From IMG/VR virus record IMGVR_UViG_3300002920_000062, positions 70,123 through 134,122 of that record: a DNA stretch of 64,000 nt; one strand, given 5' to 3'. The stretch comes from a virus. A program made the translations under genes and the position numbers. The notes beneath the pieces are model-generated. The model made no database searches and was not told where the DNA came from. It was given only the letters and a program-made list of their open reading frames with translations. This document shows positions 16,015 to 31,000 of this stretch, in pieces. Numbering within the stretch: position 1 is the stretch's first letter; each line of letters starts with the position of its first letter.

Positions 16015-19000
16015 TTATGTATTATTGCTATCATTCAGGAAATTTGCCATTGAAGAACTACTCAACTGTAATGGGTCACCTAACTCTTTGTTGTAGAGAT
16101 TAGTATTCCATACTGTATAGTAGTCTTCGTCTGGCAATTTGTTTGCTGTGGATAGACTATATATATTAGTAAACCTAGGTATCAAGGTCTGTCTTGCTGT
16201 GCCGTTTATACCTCGGCTGATGCCAGACAGAATATTAGTTTCTAGATCAATTTGTGAGAACCTGATTATTTCGCCATTGATGTAGATTGGGCTTCCCTCC
16301 AATACGTCAATTACTAATTGGTCTCCCTCACTGATATAATCTCCCGGAGTTATTCTTAAAGTTGGAGTCAAGCCTTCAATGACCAATGTATAGTTATTAT
16401 TTGAAATCAAAAGTCCAGTAGTAGAGTTGTTTACGGTTATATTAACAATGTTGTTACGTTCTGCTTCTAACCCTACTTTATAAACCCCATCAGATAATGC
16501 AGGTGTCATGGCTATAGTTTGTTTTTTAATGACCAGCTTATTAGCGTCATTGACTACAATTTCCTGGTCAGCGTATGAAAGTTCTTGTTCTAGCCACCCT
16601 GTATTGGATTGAACAAAACGATATACAGCCGATTGTCCGTTACTATCAATAGTATTGATATACTCTAGCTGGTTAGGCGTTGCTGTAGGAATCATGCTTG
16701 AAATGATTATCTGATCCCCTGGAACAATCTTTTCCAAAATACTTACTTCATTAACCTCGTTAATTCTAAGCTTATCTGATGGAACTCTTGTGCCGTTAAT
16801 CGTCACATATAGACGGTCAACGTCAGTGTGTTTCCACTGCATCAAGTTTATAACACCTGTGTCATTTGTAAGTTGAACAACAGGACCGTTTCTAGTCTCA
16901 GATACTGAAATTGCTTTATTCAGAAAATCAATATCAACAATGTAATATTCCTTGCCCTGAATTAGTCCCCCCATCAATACTGAGCCATTTGCATTCTCCA
17001 CCTTACTAAAGTATACCGGAGTGTCAACTACCAAATCATCTATCCTATCTACGAAAATCTGATTAGAAACGTTGGTTTGAGATACAGTATGGCTTTGCAA
17101 GAAGAATAGGCCTTGGCGCCAGACAAATCCACTATTAATATATGATGAAATAACTGTTACTGGGGAATTGATAGCTCCTATTATAGGGTTGTATGGAGTA
17201 TTGTAAATATCAAAGGTAAATTCATCAATGATCTTGGCATAATATAGTTGGTTATTAAGTTCAGTTGAACCCTCTACACCGTCAATTCTAATCAAAGTAT
17301 TCTCTAAGAAGCCGTGTCTTGCTGATGTAGTTATTCTAACAGTTGGCCTATCTCCTACTACAACTTGCATCAAACCTGTCCCGCCAGCTGTTACCACTTG
17401 GTTCCCATCAACATCTTTGATAGTAAATGAAGAGTTGCTTGTATTAATTGTGTTAACAAAATAGACTGTTCCGTCAGTTACGATATTAGCATCAAATGAT
17501 GTACCAAAGAATTGTACTGGCTGCCCAACAACAAATCCAGTTAAATCAATAACCGTAATTTCATTCGGTGAGCCTGCTGTAGAACTGGTTGCGTTAGTTA
17601 CAGCAAATGGTGCTGCAATATTACTATTGATATCGGAAATTTCCGAAACAGTTAACCCATTAGCTAAAGTATTCATAGTTCCTGTGTCATTAAACACCAC
17701 AGTTGTGTTGCCAGCTACTTCATCACTTATAGTGAACGTAACGCTGTCAATAATTTCCTTAACATAATAGGTTTTTCCTGCTACCAATCCACCGATTGTA
17801 GGTGAACTGAATATGATAGAATCGTTGATATTAATATCTGCTGTTGTACCTGAACCCAATACCAAATAGTTCAAAAATTCGTCGTAAGTGATAACTTCTG
17901 GGGTATTTTGATCAAAGGTATGAACTGTGGGGGTATTCTGGTCAAACGATGTTTTACGATTGATAGTTTGAACTACTACCAAATTCAACAATGATGAGTT
18001 AGGGTTACCAGTTACATTAAACTGAGTATGCATATACTGTGTCAAAGTATCGTTGAATGTAGTCACCGCTAAAATATCGCCTGTAAGAGGTGGGCTGTCC
18101 AGGAGAATAGAGTTATCAACTTCTGATATCTCATATAGAGCACTTGTCAATCTTACACCGTTGAGTTCAACAATTGCATTGTCGGGATTGTCACCTCCCA
18201 CAAAGCCATTCAAGAAGAATTTACTGGTCAAACCGTCACCCATGAATACTTGAGTTTCAGGTAGTGAGTAACCACGCTGTGTTGTTAATTCTTCGCCAAA
18301 TATTGAAAAAACAATATAATCTTCTGTAGTTGAATAATCGTTTCTTGCAAACAATAGTGAAGCCAAATTATTATCAAGTCTACCTATTGCAAAGTCGTTA
18401 GTAACAAAAGTTGCTAATCCATTGAAGTCTATTTGCGGCAAGACTGGTCCGCCTTTAGTCTCACTAATAGTAAATCTTCTACCGCTCAATATATCCTTGA
18501 CATAGTAGCGATGAAAAGGTACGATGTTACCAAATGCACATTGACAGAAGGTAATTGGTTGTCCAACTACAAGATTTCCTGTATTAGGAGTAACTAGCGA
18601 ATTGTCCTCTGATACCGACTCTGTGATAAAACCTGTTCCTCCCGGTATCAAACGATTTCCATTATGAATAACAAGTGCGGGAGACCATTGATCACCGAGG
18701 CCGCTTTCAATATTAGCAAACATTTGTCCGGTAGCATCGGTTAATGTGACAACCAATCCTGGAAGTCCGGTGTTTGTGTCAATCGTGTCCGAAACTGTTA
18801 TAGACTTGGTAGCAATGCTTATGCTACTTACATAATAGACTTTGTTTTCTTCTAATCCACCGAAGGGCTGCCCTTGAAAGGTGATCGGTGAATAAAGAAC
18901 AAAATCTTCTACGCTATCACAAAAAATACGTCCAGCTAGTGATTCAGTCCTAAATACTCTCACACTCAATGAACTAGTCCCTGGCTTAATTGCGCCCGAA

Positions 19001-22000
19001 CCCTCAAATATTTCACCTGTATAATTGCATCCTAAATAAATTTCATTGAAGCCTGAAACCTCATTAGTTCTGATAGGTAAGACATCAGTATTAGACTTAA
19101 CAATCTGATAGCCATTGCCTACTTCATAGACCGTAATCATCAATTTATCTTCAATCGGTAACTGGCGAAGAGGCTCGTTTAGAATTATTTCCTTTCTTAC
19201 CCAATCAATTTCATATGAAATACCCTCATATATAGTCTTAGCTAGACCGGTGTTACCATCAATAATCTGTACTAAGACCTTGGCAGGAATTTGTACTATA
19301 TTGTCAAAGCTATATCTTACCTGTGTTCCGGTGCTAGCTTTCATAATCACAGTGTTTACATTAAATCCCGAATGACCATACTCAGGAACATACCAGTTAG
19401 ACCCTGGGCGTGTAACAGGGATAATAGATAGATTATCCTTAACAACACCAGCTACTAACTCTTCAGGAGCATAACCGAAATTGAAATCTGTTCCCTTAAT
19501 AGTGTAGGTTACCTCAGTAGAATTGATAACTGACAATTCAGACCAGGGTCCTACTAATCCATCGTTTACCAGAACAGTGTTAGAATCGCCCACCACAATA
19601 ATTTCAGCAGAATTTGGATTATATGTAATGTCAATTAAGTTTGCAGTTAGACCATTTACTTGGGTTCTGGACCAGATGTTCCCGTCTTCAGAATTTTTAA
19701 TGATGCCATTATTACCTACTGCTACCCATGCTGAACCGGTATACAAAACACTATTTAAATCAACGCTATTGATGTTGACAATAGACATACGAGTGTTAAC
19801 CGGTATAGTATCGGCTGTTAGGGTTTTTACCGGGCCTCCCAACGTTTCAGCTATAATGACTTGTGTATTTGATACTACCTGGATGATATAATAGGTAGTT
19901 CCTTGAGTAATAGTAGAGAAGCTAGTGTTGAACTTTACCGGAGTACCTATCTCAAACCCAAGTGCATTTTCTACACTTATGATATTACTAAAGTTGTTTA
20001 CAAAGACTACTGAAACGTCATTTACACCCTTCCAATTTAACCCATCAGTTGAGGTAAAGATTGTTTCTTGCTCACCTACTGCAATCAACTTGTTACCGTC
20101 ATAAGCTACTGAGTTTAACCCGTTTGTAGTAGGAATGGTTATTTCTTGCCAGTTGATTCCATCAACCGAATAAAATACCAATGCAGTGTCAACCAAACTC
20201 TGAGTATTGTCAAGCTTCTTACCCTTACCAACCGCAACTACAAAATTGTCTGTAGCGACTATTCCATGCAAGTTATATGTAAAGATAGGATCAAACGTCG
20301 CTCTGTCAGACCAAACAAATGTGTCGCTGCTGGTAACTATTACCTCACCCACCATAATGTATATGTTTTGTGCTGCATAATAAGTGGCTGCATTCAACGA
20401 TACGTTAGAAATATCAATTGCGAGAGGTATGCCGCTTCCAGGAATGTAGTAACCAGACGAGGTCCATGTTTCTCCGTCTTGGCTCTTGAAAATTGGTGTA
20501 ATTGAATTAGACGAAGTGATTATCTTTGTACCGTTTGCCTCAAAGATTCCAGTTAAGGTCATATCAGCATTAGTCAATCTCTTCAGAGACCAACTGGTTA
20601 GGTCAGAACTAGTGAAAACACCTGTTCCATTTTCTAGAGAAGCTATGACATAATATAGTCCTTCATCAAATAGAACACCCTTAATATCTATATCAGCTTG
20701 AGTAAAAGGAACAGTAGTTAAAACAGTGTCAAGTTCAAACTGCTTGTCTGGTTCAAACTCGTTTGCCCTGTATATTGGATTGGGGTAAGTTATGCCATCA
20801 AACAATTGTGGCAAGCTAGCTGCTGGCATATTGTCGTTTGGCTGATAATAACCAAATACCCTGTCCATAGCATTAAGTCGTCTGTCCCCAGAATCTAGAA
20901 GCTCCCATTTACCAATTACAAACTCTTTATCGTTATTTGATATGGCACAAATGTATAGTCGGTTGTTAAAACGAACCACACTTTGATTAAAAAAGAACGG
21001 TTCTGGCAACAAGGCCACGCTACCCAACTTGGCTATAGTGAATTCAGAATTGAACACAATACCTGTTACTATAGTTCCAAAAATGTTGGGTGAAGTAGTT
21101 AGCTGTGCAGTTGTCGGGGTAACATTGAACAAGTAATATGTCTGTCCAGAGTTAATTACAGAAGGAACATCACCCGTCAATACTACTGGGTCAAAGTTAG
21201 AAAAATTGGATGTGTCTAGAGATAATGTATCTGTAGTACTACCGTTGACTTTTGCCGTGATATAGCCAGTATATGTAAATTCGCTCTTGCTTACAGGAAC
21301 AGTCAAAATACTATTCTTGTATACCTCAACTTCATTAGGCGAACGTACCTTAAAGTAGAAATTTTCTTTTTTACCGGGCGGAGTGCCTTCACGAATTACT
21401 GAAGTTATTTCACCGTTTGGTCCGATTGAATTTACGATGATTCGCAAATCATTTTCTGGTGTTGTGCCGCCTGTCTCAATGCCAGATATTGTAATTACAT
21501 TATTTACTGCAAAACCCTCACCACCTTGGGAGATAAGTGCAACATACCCCCCTGCAACATTAGTGATATCAAACACTGGTGGAGATAGAATTACCTGCTC
21601 GAGACTAGCAGTTGAGAACATGCTTGAAAGGGTAACTGGTGAGCCTCCCTTTGTAGCTGACACTACCACATAAGGAACGCCCGTGCCAGTCAAGCTTCCC
21701 GTCGCTGTTGATAAGACGAACTCGGGGCCACCTACAACCAACGATACCTTGAACTCGGTTATGCTCAAGATCTGCTTGACAAAATACTCTACGGTGGTAT
21801 CGATATTTCCCAAACCTGCACCAGAGAATTTGATAGGCATGTCGACATAGAGAACAGCAGTACCCAACTTTCCTTCTGATGGATTGTATTCAACGGTCAG
21901 GGCGTTTGTTACACTGGAAGAAGAAACCACACTTACCGTAGTGTTAGTAGTGTTTTCATCCATTCCTGAATATTTTATGACATAATAAGTATTTCCTGCA

Positions 22001-25000
22001 ATCAAGTTACCAACGTTTTCTGATACCGTAACCGGCATGTTAACATAAAAGTTAGATGTTCCTCTTTCGTTAATTACTGGAAGCGCAATACGATTTACCG
22101 CCTGGCCGAAGTTAGTGCCTATAGTTACAATATTGGTTCTAGTTATCAGGTCTGAATAATTTTCTGAAACAACCCCAGGCTTGATACCAGATGCACCATA
22201 TAATGTAAACATCTGTCCGTCAATCTGACCAGGGCTTACTGGTAACTGCACGTTCATTGTCATTGACCCAGTGGCATTGGTTAACACAACAGTATCTTTT
22301 TGATTGGTAACAAGCGCAGTTCCGACAGAGCTATTCAATAAGACGACTGGCCCATTAATAAACTCAGAAATTGTTATTCTGTTGCCCGATAATACTCCAC
22401 TAATATAGTAAGTTGCACCCGCAACAATAGCAGAATCAAGCCCAACAACGTTAGTAAAGATGATAGGATCGTTTTTACTAAAGCCGGCAGTTGTGTCAAG
22501 AGTTATACTATCGGTTGTTCCGTCAGTCTGAACTGCTCTAGCTGTTACCGGGTCAGGAACTTCAGACATAGTAAATGTTTCTTCATCAATTACAGTGGTA
22601 ACATAGTAAACCAAGTTTTCTACTACATTTCCAAAAGCATTTTCTGTAAAGAACACTGGAAGGTTAGTATAAAAGCCGGAAGTTCCCCCAGTCCCAATTG
22701 GTGTCATTGGAACGGTTAGTCTATTTGACCCTGCTTCTGTTCTTGTTACCTGATGAATGTCTGGGTATTTCAACTTTAGAATTGTAGTTGATTTATTTTC
22801 ACCGGTATAACAACGATATCCTTGGGCACTAACAGTAAAATCACTTAGTGCAAGTTCAGGACCATCAATAGTAGCTGAGATAGTAAATCTTAAATCGTCA
22901 AAAATTCTAGAGACATAATAAGTCTTGTTTTCAACAATTTCGGCCGGGCCTGCACCAGAGAATTTGATAGGCATATTCCTATAGAAACCAATAGTAGTAC
23001 CAGATGCATTGTTTGCTAGTTCTGACAAGTCAGGGTTGTTCCCGTCTTGGGGAATTAACTCAATGGTGTTATCTAGCGCGTTGGTCTTAGATATGATTCT
23101 AGCAAACGAGGAATAGGTGAGAATTACCTCCTCATCAACGTCTTCAATCTCGAATAGTATCCCAGCCGAGCTTGCTAATATGTCGTTGATATCAGGAACG
23201 GAACTCTGTAAAGAAATAGCCGAGCTAGAAATTCTGTTACTGTTGTAGAAATCCCCTGCGAAAAATCCGCCATAGAACGTTTCTGCTTCCCAGTCTTTAA
23301 CTTGTGAAGTGTAAGAAGTTCTATCCAAGCGAATTTTTATGTTATTCTCTCTGATAGGGGTGGTTGTAGTGATGACCGAAGCACGGCACCCCGGCAGCAA
23401 CTTCATATCTGAAGAATTAGTTGGTGCTTGTAATTGTATTCTGTTTTCGTCTTTTACTGCTTCACTGAAGGTATTATATAGTGCGATAACAACTGACGGC
23501 AGAGTTTCTAAAACACCGACATAATACCATCCATTGTCTACTAGTTTGGTTGGTTTGCTTCCGTTTGAACCCTGTTTGAACTTGACGATATCACCTGTTT
23601 TGAGGTCTGGGGCAAAAACATTGATAGTGTTTAGTTCTGAGTTAATATCATCTTCAGAGAAGGTTATAGTATATGCCGACTCTACAATAATCTCTGGGCG
23701 AGCCATATAACCCTCACCCGGATTAATTACATTAATTGCAGTAACTCTATCACCACTCAGAACTGCTTGTAGTTCTGCTTCTACTCTTGGCGCTGGATAG
23801 ATCGTAGTGTCAATATATGCTGTTACTTTAGGTATACTAGTGTATCCTGACCCTTCGTCGAGGACAATTACTGCCGGTAAGTCAATGAATATTAAATCTC
23901 CCGGAGTATGTTCTGTGATAGTTGTTCCGAACAATCCTCTAGCCAGCCCCCCCAATTCATTGGTATCACGATTAACTTTGGAGTAAGAAATCTTCTCCTG
24001 ATTGATAGTAATTACACCAGTTGTCGGAAATCCAGATGCATTATCGACAATAATTGTTTTAGCTGACACGTTTACAAACGAGCGCAAAGAAGCAATGTTG
24101 AAGTTTTTAATTCCTGTAATTGACAGACCGGTGTTGTTGAACCAATTCTTATACTCTGGTTCAGACCATATTTTACTGTCATACCCAAAGTCAGTATTAT
24201 TATTTCCTGGACCATTGACTAGATTTGGTGTCACGAAGGCCCTAGTATTAGAATTAAATTTGGCCGGTAAGTCAAAGTCCGAGATATCACTAACAAAATT
24301 CTCACTACCATCGTAAGTTAACAAAAACTCTTTAATAGTTATATGATAAGGCTTGAATTCCTCAACGAAACCCTGCAGGAACTCATCGTTGTCTGACCTT
24401 AAAATTTCAAACGGTAAAAGCCCCCTTACATTTTGTTCAACTTCGACAAGTGAAGTCTTATTCAACCAAGAAAGATTGTTCTGTCTTTCGTTAGCTTCGC
24501 TGACAATATATTCAAACAACAGAATCAAGCTCTTATTTCTGTGTATTGATAACTCATCAGTATAAATCTGCTCGTTTAACGCCCTAATAATGTTTCTGGT
24601 TTCATCGGCAGGATACGTATCAAACGGTGCAACATCAAAGAAATCTACACCAAATCCTATATTATTATCAATATAGTTCCATAGTCTTTCTGAAAACTTG
24701 ATAGTTCCCTTTTCTAGACCGATTCGATTCCATACCCCAGATCTTTCTAGCTTGTAAATTTCAAATAGTCCCTGACCATTTTCTTCTACTTTAACTAGTG
24801 TTTCAGGAGCGATATCCAATCCAAACAAGTCTACAAACCTAGAAACTTGCAAAGAAGCTCTTGTTGAGTCATCGTAACCGGGCGCCCACCAATTTATATA
24901 TTCCCAATAATCAGTAGTATCATAATACTCGTTACTCAAGAACAAGAATGATAGGTCTGGCCTAATCTCAGTAATAGGGAAAGATTTAAGAATATCATTA

Positions 25001-28000
25001 GCATAGGTCAAGTAATTCTGTAATGCTAATTTTCTATTCAAGAAGAAACTTTGTCGAGGTCTATTTAATACCCCAGTCTGGAATAACGGCGGTAAGAAGG
25101 GATCAGGAATAATCTGGCCATTTAGATTGACTCCTGCTAAACTATCAAGTAGCTTCAAATACAATCCAGTTGGTTCGTCTGTTTCCCCTGGTCCTGGGAG
25201 AGTTACCCTGTTAGGTAAAGTAGCAGGACGATTACGGACACTTGGCAAACCACTTAGAAAATCTGCTTCATTGTTTTCTCTAATCAGCGCATATTCATTA
25301 TGTACAAAATCTAAATTATCCGATGACACATAACCGATGTGCAATGCCGCACCCGCTGAGTTGATTTCGCTCTCTGCGTTATAGAGAGCAAAAGTGTTTG
25401 GTAGTAAAGGTGCCAAGTAAGCAATGCCTGCATTACGTGGATTCTGGACGTAAGAAGCAATTGTAGTGTCTGCTAGTTTCTTGTTGCGGTCAACATTTAT
25501 TGTATTAGTGTTTCGTGCCCAGAAATAATACACTGGAGTTACTATATTTGAAGAATTTAAATTGCTTGACACTACAAACTTGTTGGTATCATATACGATT
25601 CCCGGACCTTGATACTGGGATGGAGGAACATTGCTTCTAACCCAAGTATAAACTCTAGCTTCTGATCCTGGGAACATTTTGCCCCAATACTCGCTATTGT
25701 ATACAACATCATTCTGTCTATAATCAACAAACCTAATATTAGTAGTATCTAACCAGATAGACCCAACTTCTTCTTCACCCCAAGTTTTCTGTAAATTGGT
25801 ATCGGTGTTGTAGCTAGCAGGGTCAACATTTGATATAAAATCAATATTTTCTCTTGCAGCACCTAGTATTTTGCCTTGTAATGGATCAATATAATCTAGA
25901 TTTACTAGAGTATCGTTTGTTGTTGAACTGAATATCTGAACATTTTTTATTTTATCAATATCAACTGTTGCTACAGGTGAACGGAATACTGCCCAGTTGG
26001 AATTTCCCGTTACATTTTCATAAAGGTCAATTCTTCCAGTAGAAGTAGGTGAATTAGATAATTCAGGCGTACCAACTACTACAACATTATCTTTGAAGTC
26101 AATTGCAGCACCGTACCTAGGTGACAAATTGTATTTTGTCAAAGAATTATTTACTGGTTGGGCATACACAAACTTTCCTGGAGCATTAATACTTCCGTTA
26201 AAGTCATCTAGTAAATCATACATGTAGACTGCACCGTAATCGGCAAAACTTTCTACAAAGCGAGTAGCGTTATTATCAAATACAGTATCATCGTCTAGAT
26301 TTTCGTTATCTGAGAAATCGAAGGTAGTTCCAAGAACCTTGCTTGCTGACGGCGCACCAATTACTACCGAGTTTCTTTCGTTAAATTTGATAACACTACC
26401 GAACTGTGTTGGACCTGAACTATATGGGCAAGTTATCACCTGTGTTTCTGTCAACAAGTCAAACCCAGCCTCATCAAGCGCATATTTATCAAATGAGGTC
26501 ACGATTAATTTTCTGTTAATCTGAGCCAAATCTTTATCAACTACCTGTATAACCAGGCGATTGTCAGAAGTAAATGATGCTAGTACATTGTTGATTCTGA
26601 AGGAATTAATTATATCGGCGTTGACTTCAGCATTACCAGGTCGTAATACTACTCTATACCCGTTAATATAAATTTCTCTGTTAACTGTGATATTACATTC
26701 AGCATTTCCGATAATAATACCAAACTTTGCGCCAGTGTTAGTATAACGATAAACTTGTCCTTCTCTGTTAAAAGAATCTACTTCAAACGGACTCCCAACT
26801 AACAATTCAGAGCCGCTGTTGTTCATATCTAGAGCGAACCCATATTGATGATTTGGGCGTTCGTTGCTATTGCTAGTCAAAGTTTGAATATTAAAGAACT
26901 TATTTCCGTCAACACGAATTACATCACCTGCATTGATTACACCAGAGTATATAAACAAGTTTCCTACAGTAGCATAATTGTTATCTTGAACAATATTGCC
27001 ATTGACCGTTACTAACAAGCTTTCAGTTTGACATACTGCGGTAACGCCAGAAACAACTGCCTTAGTCGCCAAAGTAACTACGCTGTTGGTATTTCTTGAA
27101 GTTTTTAGTGTAATATTGTTTCCACTTATACTGTTGATGTAATAAGTTATGTTAGGAGTAATATTGGTATCAAGAAGACCGTTGCCGCGGAACACGATTG
27201 GCGCGCCTACAACAAATAAGCTAGCATTAGTAACTGTTACAATATTTCCTACACTATTGGTACTTACTACAGTCGAACTTGCTGAGCCAACAGTGAAACC
27301 TAAGTTGAACTCTTGAACTCTATCTGCTGTATAATTAGCCTGCACCTCAAAATTCTGAGTAGCTCTTTGGTATACAATTACCTTACCCCAATCAGTAATT
27401 TCTGTGCTAAAGTCTACGTTTGGTGCAGAAACTGTAATAGTTTCTGCAAAGAAATCAGATGCAACTGCCTTACCAAAAGAATCATTTGTGGAAAATCCAT
27501 CAAGTGTTCCGTCAATTATACTTACCAAGTTGTACGTAATATCCGTTACCTTGCCTGAGCCAATTCCTGTTCCCGTAGCACGGAATATTATTCCCTTTCT
27601 ATTTTCAGTCGCACCAATTATTGTGAAATTAGTATCATTTATTTCGTCAATAACGTAAGTTCTACCTGCTTGAATAAACGTTGCTAGATATTCTGTGTTT
27701 GATTTCCTATATACTCTTACAGAAGCATTGGTTGTGTCATTGACAAACAACCAATTACCATCCTGTGAAAACTCAAGTGCTGTACCCGATCCTATATTTG
27801 GCAATACAATTTCTTGATACAAGAATAGATCGTCAGTTGTTACAGTCTGATTCCATCCATACAAGAATACTTTAGGTGCACTTGGTTTTGAAATAGCAAA
27901 TACATTATTGACATGTGCAATTACCTCACCAAATGACGGGCCGTTAGTCAATACCTGAGTATTTGAATATTCACCTGAAACGTTGTTTTTTGAATATCTA

Positions 28001-31000
28001 TATACCTTACCTATAATAGGATCTGCTACTAGATACCCAACATTACCGTTAAAAGCAACCGTCTTGCCATATTCCACTGTATTATTTTCGGTTACAGCAG
28101 CTACTGGCTTGTAATTATTACTCTTTCTGTATACTGCCCAATTACCATCAGTGTTTTCGTCTACCCAAACTGTGTTTTTAGTGAACTCTGCTTCTAGTAA
28201 ATTCAAATTAACTATTTCGCTAGGTTTCTTGACACGTTGACTGGTGATCAATAGCCCTATACCATTACCAGTCAACACGCGATTGTTATTGACCGGAATA
28301 GCCAAGTTAATTACAACTTGATTAAGATTGACTACTTTGGAAACAATATAATATCCATCGACATTGTTAGCAAAGTTAATAATTGCAATAGGGTCAAATA
28401 GTTTCAAGTTGTGGGGTACAGTAAACGTAATCGTAGATGTGTTGTCAACATTGGAGGCAACTTCAACTATTGCACCAATTGGCTTCCAAGTGAAAATACC
28501 CCACTGTTCTTTGAAATTGGCTAACCAGAAATAATCTCTTACATAAAAATCAGTGATAGGAACACGAATGTTATTTTTGTCAACTGCATTATTCAACCCA
28601 CTATAGAAGAATGAGGACATTTTTACGTCATTGAAGTTTGCGTACCCAGCATAAGGGAACAAACTTGGTTTAGTTCTGTCGACAACACCTAAAATATTGG
28701 GGTCAGTGATTGGTCTTTTATAATTCAACAATGAGGATAGAGGAACTTCTTGTGCTGATCCTAACGTAAATGTACCGTCAGTCAATGATACAATACTTGG
28801 GTTATTAGTCAATAACTTGTTGTCTAACCTAAACTCTACAAAATTATCATTCTCTCTTCCACCGTATTCACCGGTCTTGATGGCCCAGTTTTCGTAAAGT
28901 TCATAATTGATATCGCCCTGAATTAGATTGACACCATCAAACTCTTTGAGAGATTTGACAGTTCCCTTGGACTTAATCATATTCTTGTAGACGTTAATCT
29001 CAGTGATACCAGACAAATTGGCCAACGACATATAATCTCTGGGACGATATCCAATCAACGAGTATGATAGTAGGTCAGCGTCATTGTCTAAATTAGATTT
29101 GTTAGTGTCGTAGTATAAAGTGCTTTCAAATGCTCTTGTCGCGCTATTTGGTAATAGTCCTCTTTGAACATTACGCTGATCTAGTAATGTCCACTGTGTT
29201 TCATCAAAGGTCGATGCCGGCTGAATAAGCTGGTTAGCTGAATAGTAATTATTTTTGTATTTGACCACAGCACCCTTAGGATACTTGATATTGTTTGACC
29301 ACTCGTTAATATTGTCTTGACTTAGTATAAAGCCCCAAGAATTTATAGTACCGTTCCAGTTGGCTGTTTTGGTGCCTCTTACTAACATTCTATTTTGTCG
29401 CAAACCAGTTGTCAAGTTGTAAATTACATCACCAAACAAGGTGGTGTTGTCAAATATAACACCATGTTCAATATTTGAGATATTGAATGTGGCGAATGAC
29501 ATTGAGTCACCCTCGTTAAGAGTGTGCGCCCGAAATTTTGTCCCGTCACGGTTAATACATAGATTGTTTACTTGTATGGGGTACAAGTCTTGGTTCAAAA
29601 TAAAGTTCTGCTGACTTAAAGTTAGGGGCTGTACAATATTACCTTCTTTGTCAATAGTCATTTCAGTTGCTAATGGATTTAAGGTAATGATGCTTCCCTC
29701 TTCCCAGCCCAGTTGTGACCAGTATAGAAACTGCTTCACCATCAACAACCAATCTACTTCGTTGCCATCTACCACTTCCTCATACTTGACACCCTTGCTT
29801 CTCAAGTAAGCATCATAATTCATCAGGAATTGTGATAGTTCTTGAACGCTATTGAATACAGTACCGTAAGGAACTATATCTTCCTGAGTAGTATAGTCTT
29901 TTGCTAAGGTAACACGTTGGTTAATTACTTGAATAGTTCTGGTATTACTATTCAACACTGGACGCAATACTCTAAAAAATGCATTAGTCTGTGAATTACC
30001 AAATACAGAATACCCGTTAGTGTTGTTTTTTTGAACAATTACACTTGAATAAGTTATTATATCAAAAGATTGGTTATCATGTAACAGTATTGATAAGCTT
30101 TCTTCAGGAATTAAAAGTGAGGAGTTTCGTGATGATGATGACGAACTCTTTTCAACAAAGAAATTAAGCATGTTTGGATCGCTGAAACCAGCCAAACGAT
30201 ATATTAATCTTACGTCTAGGTTTTTCAACAAGTCCGACACTTGAGTAGTAACTGCAACACCAAACTGTTTGGCGTAATCAACTACCCAGTTCAAGTAACT
30301 AGTCTTGGGTGTTCCGTCGCCGTATACTTTTATTTTACTGATGTCCAGGTGACTTCTATTGTTGACTAAATACTGACCAAACTCTGGGCTGAATTTATAT
30401 TCATCAATATCAACCGCAAGGTTGTAGAACATTGCCGGCTTAGTCAATGATAGAATCTTGATAAGGTCAAACGGGTAAGAAGAGCTTCTACGATATGCCA
30501 GTTCTGCTGGCCCAACGTCTCCTACCTTCCAATCACGCTGAAAACCAAGTGTATTATAGTTTGACACTAGTGTTTGTAGGGGGCTTTTCAAGTTACCAAC
30601 ATCATCTACAGGAATGATTGATGTTAGACCGGGGCGGGCTATCTTTTTATTGACAATAAAGTCACCGTTTTCATCATAAATAATACCTTGTTCAATATCA
30701 GTCCATAGCAATAAGTTATCACTGGTGTAGGGAGCAGGACCATATCTGTCTTCCCACCAACTTGGTTTATTGACAAATCCCAACATTTCCCAGGGAGTCA
30801 AATTAGGAGTAAAGGTATCGTAGAAGTATGAATATATTCCTCTAAAGTTACCTTGTTTAATTTGACTGTTAGAAATCTTGTCAGTTGAATTTACATAGTT
30901 GTATGTGAACTCATTGTTTATACTATATTGCTGGCGAGTATACTCAATTCTGTTTTGTCCAACCCAGTCTAAGAAGTTTACTGAATATAGTCGTAACCAC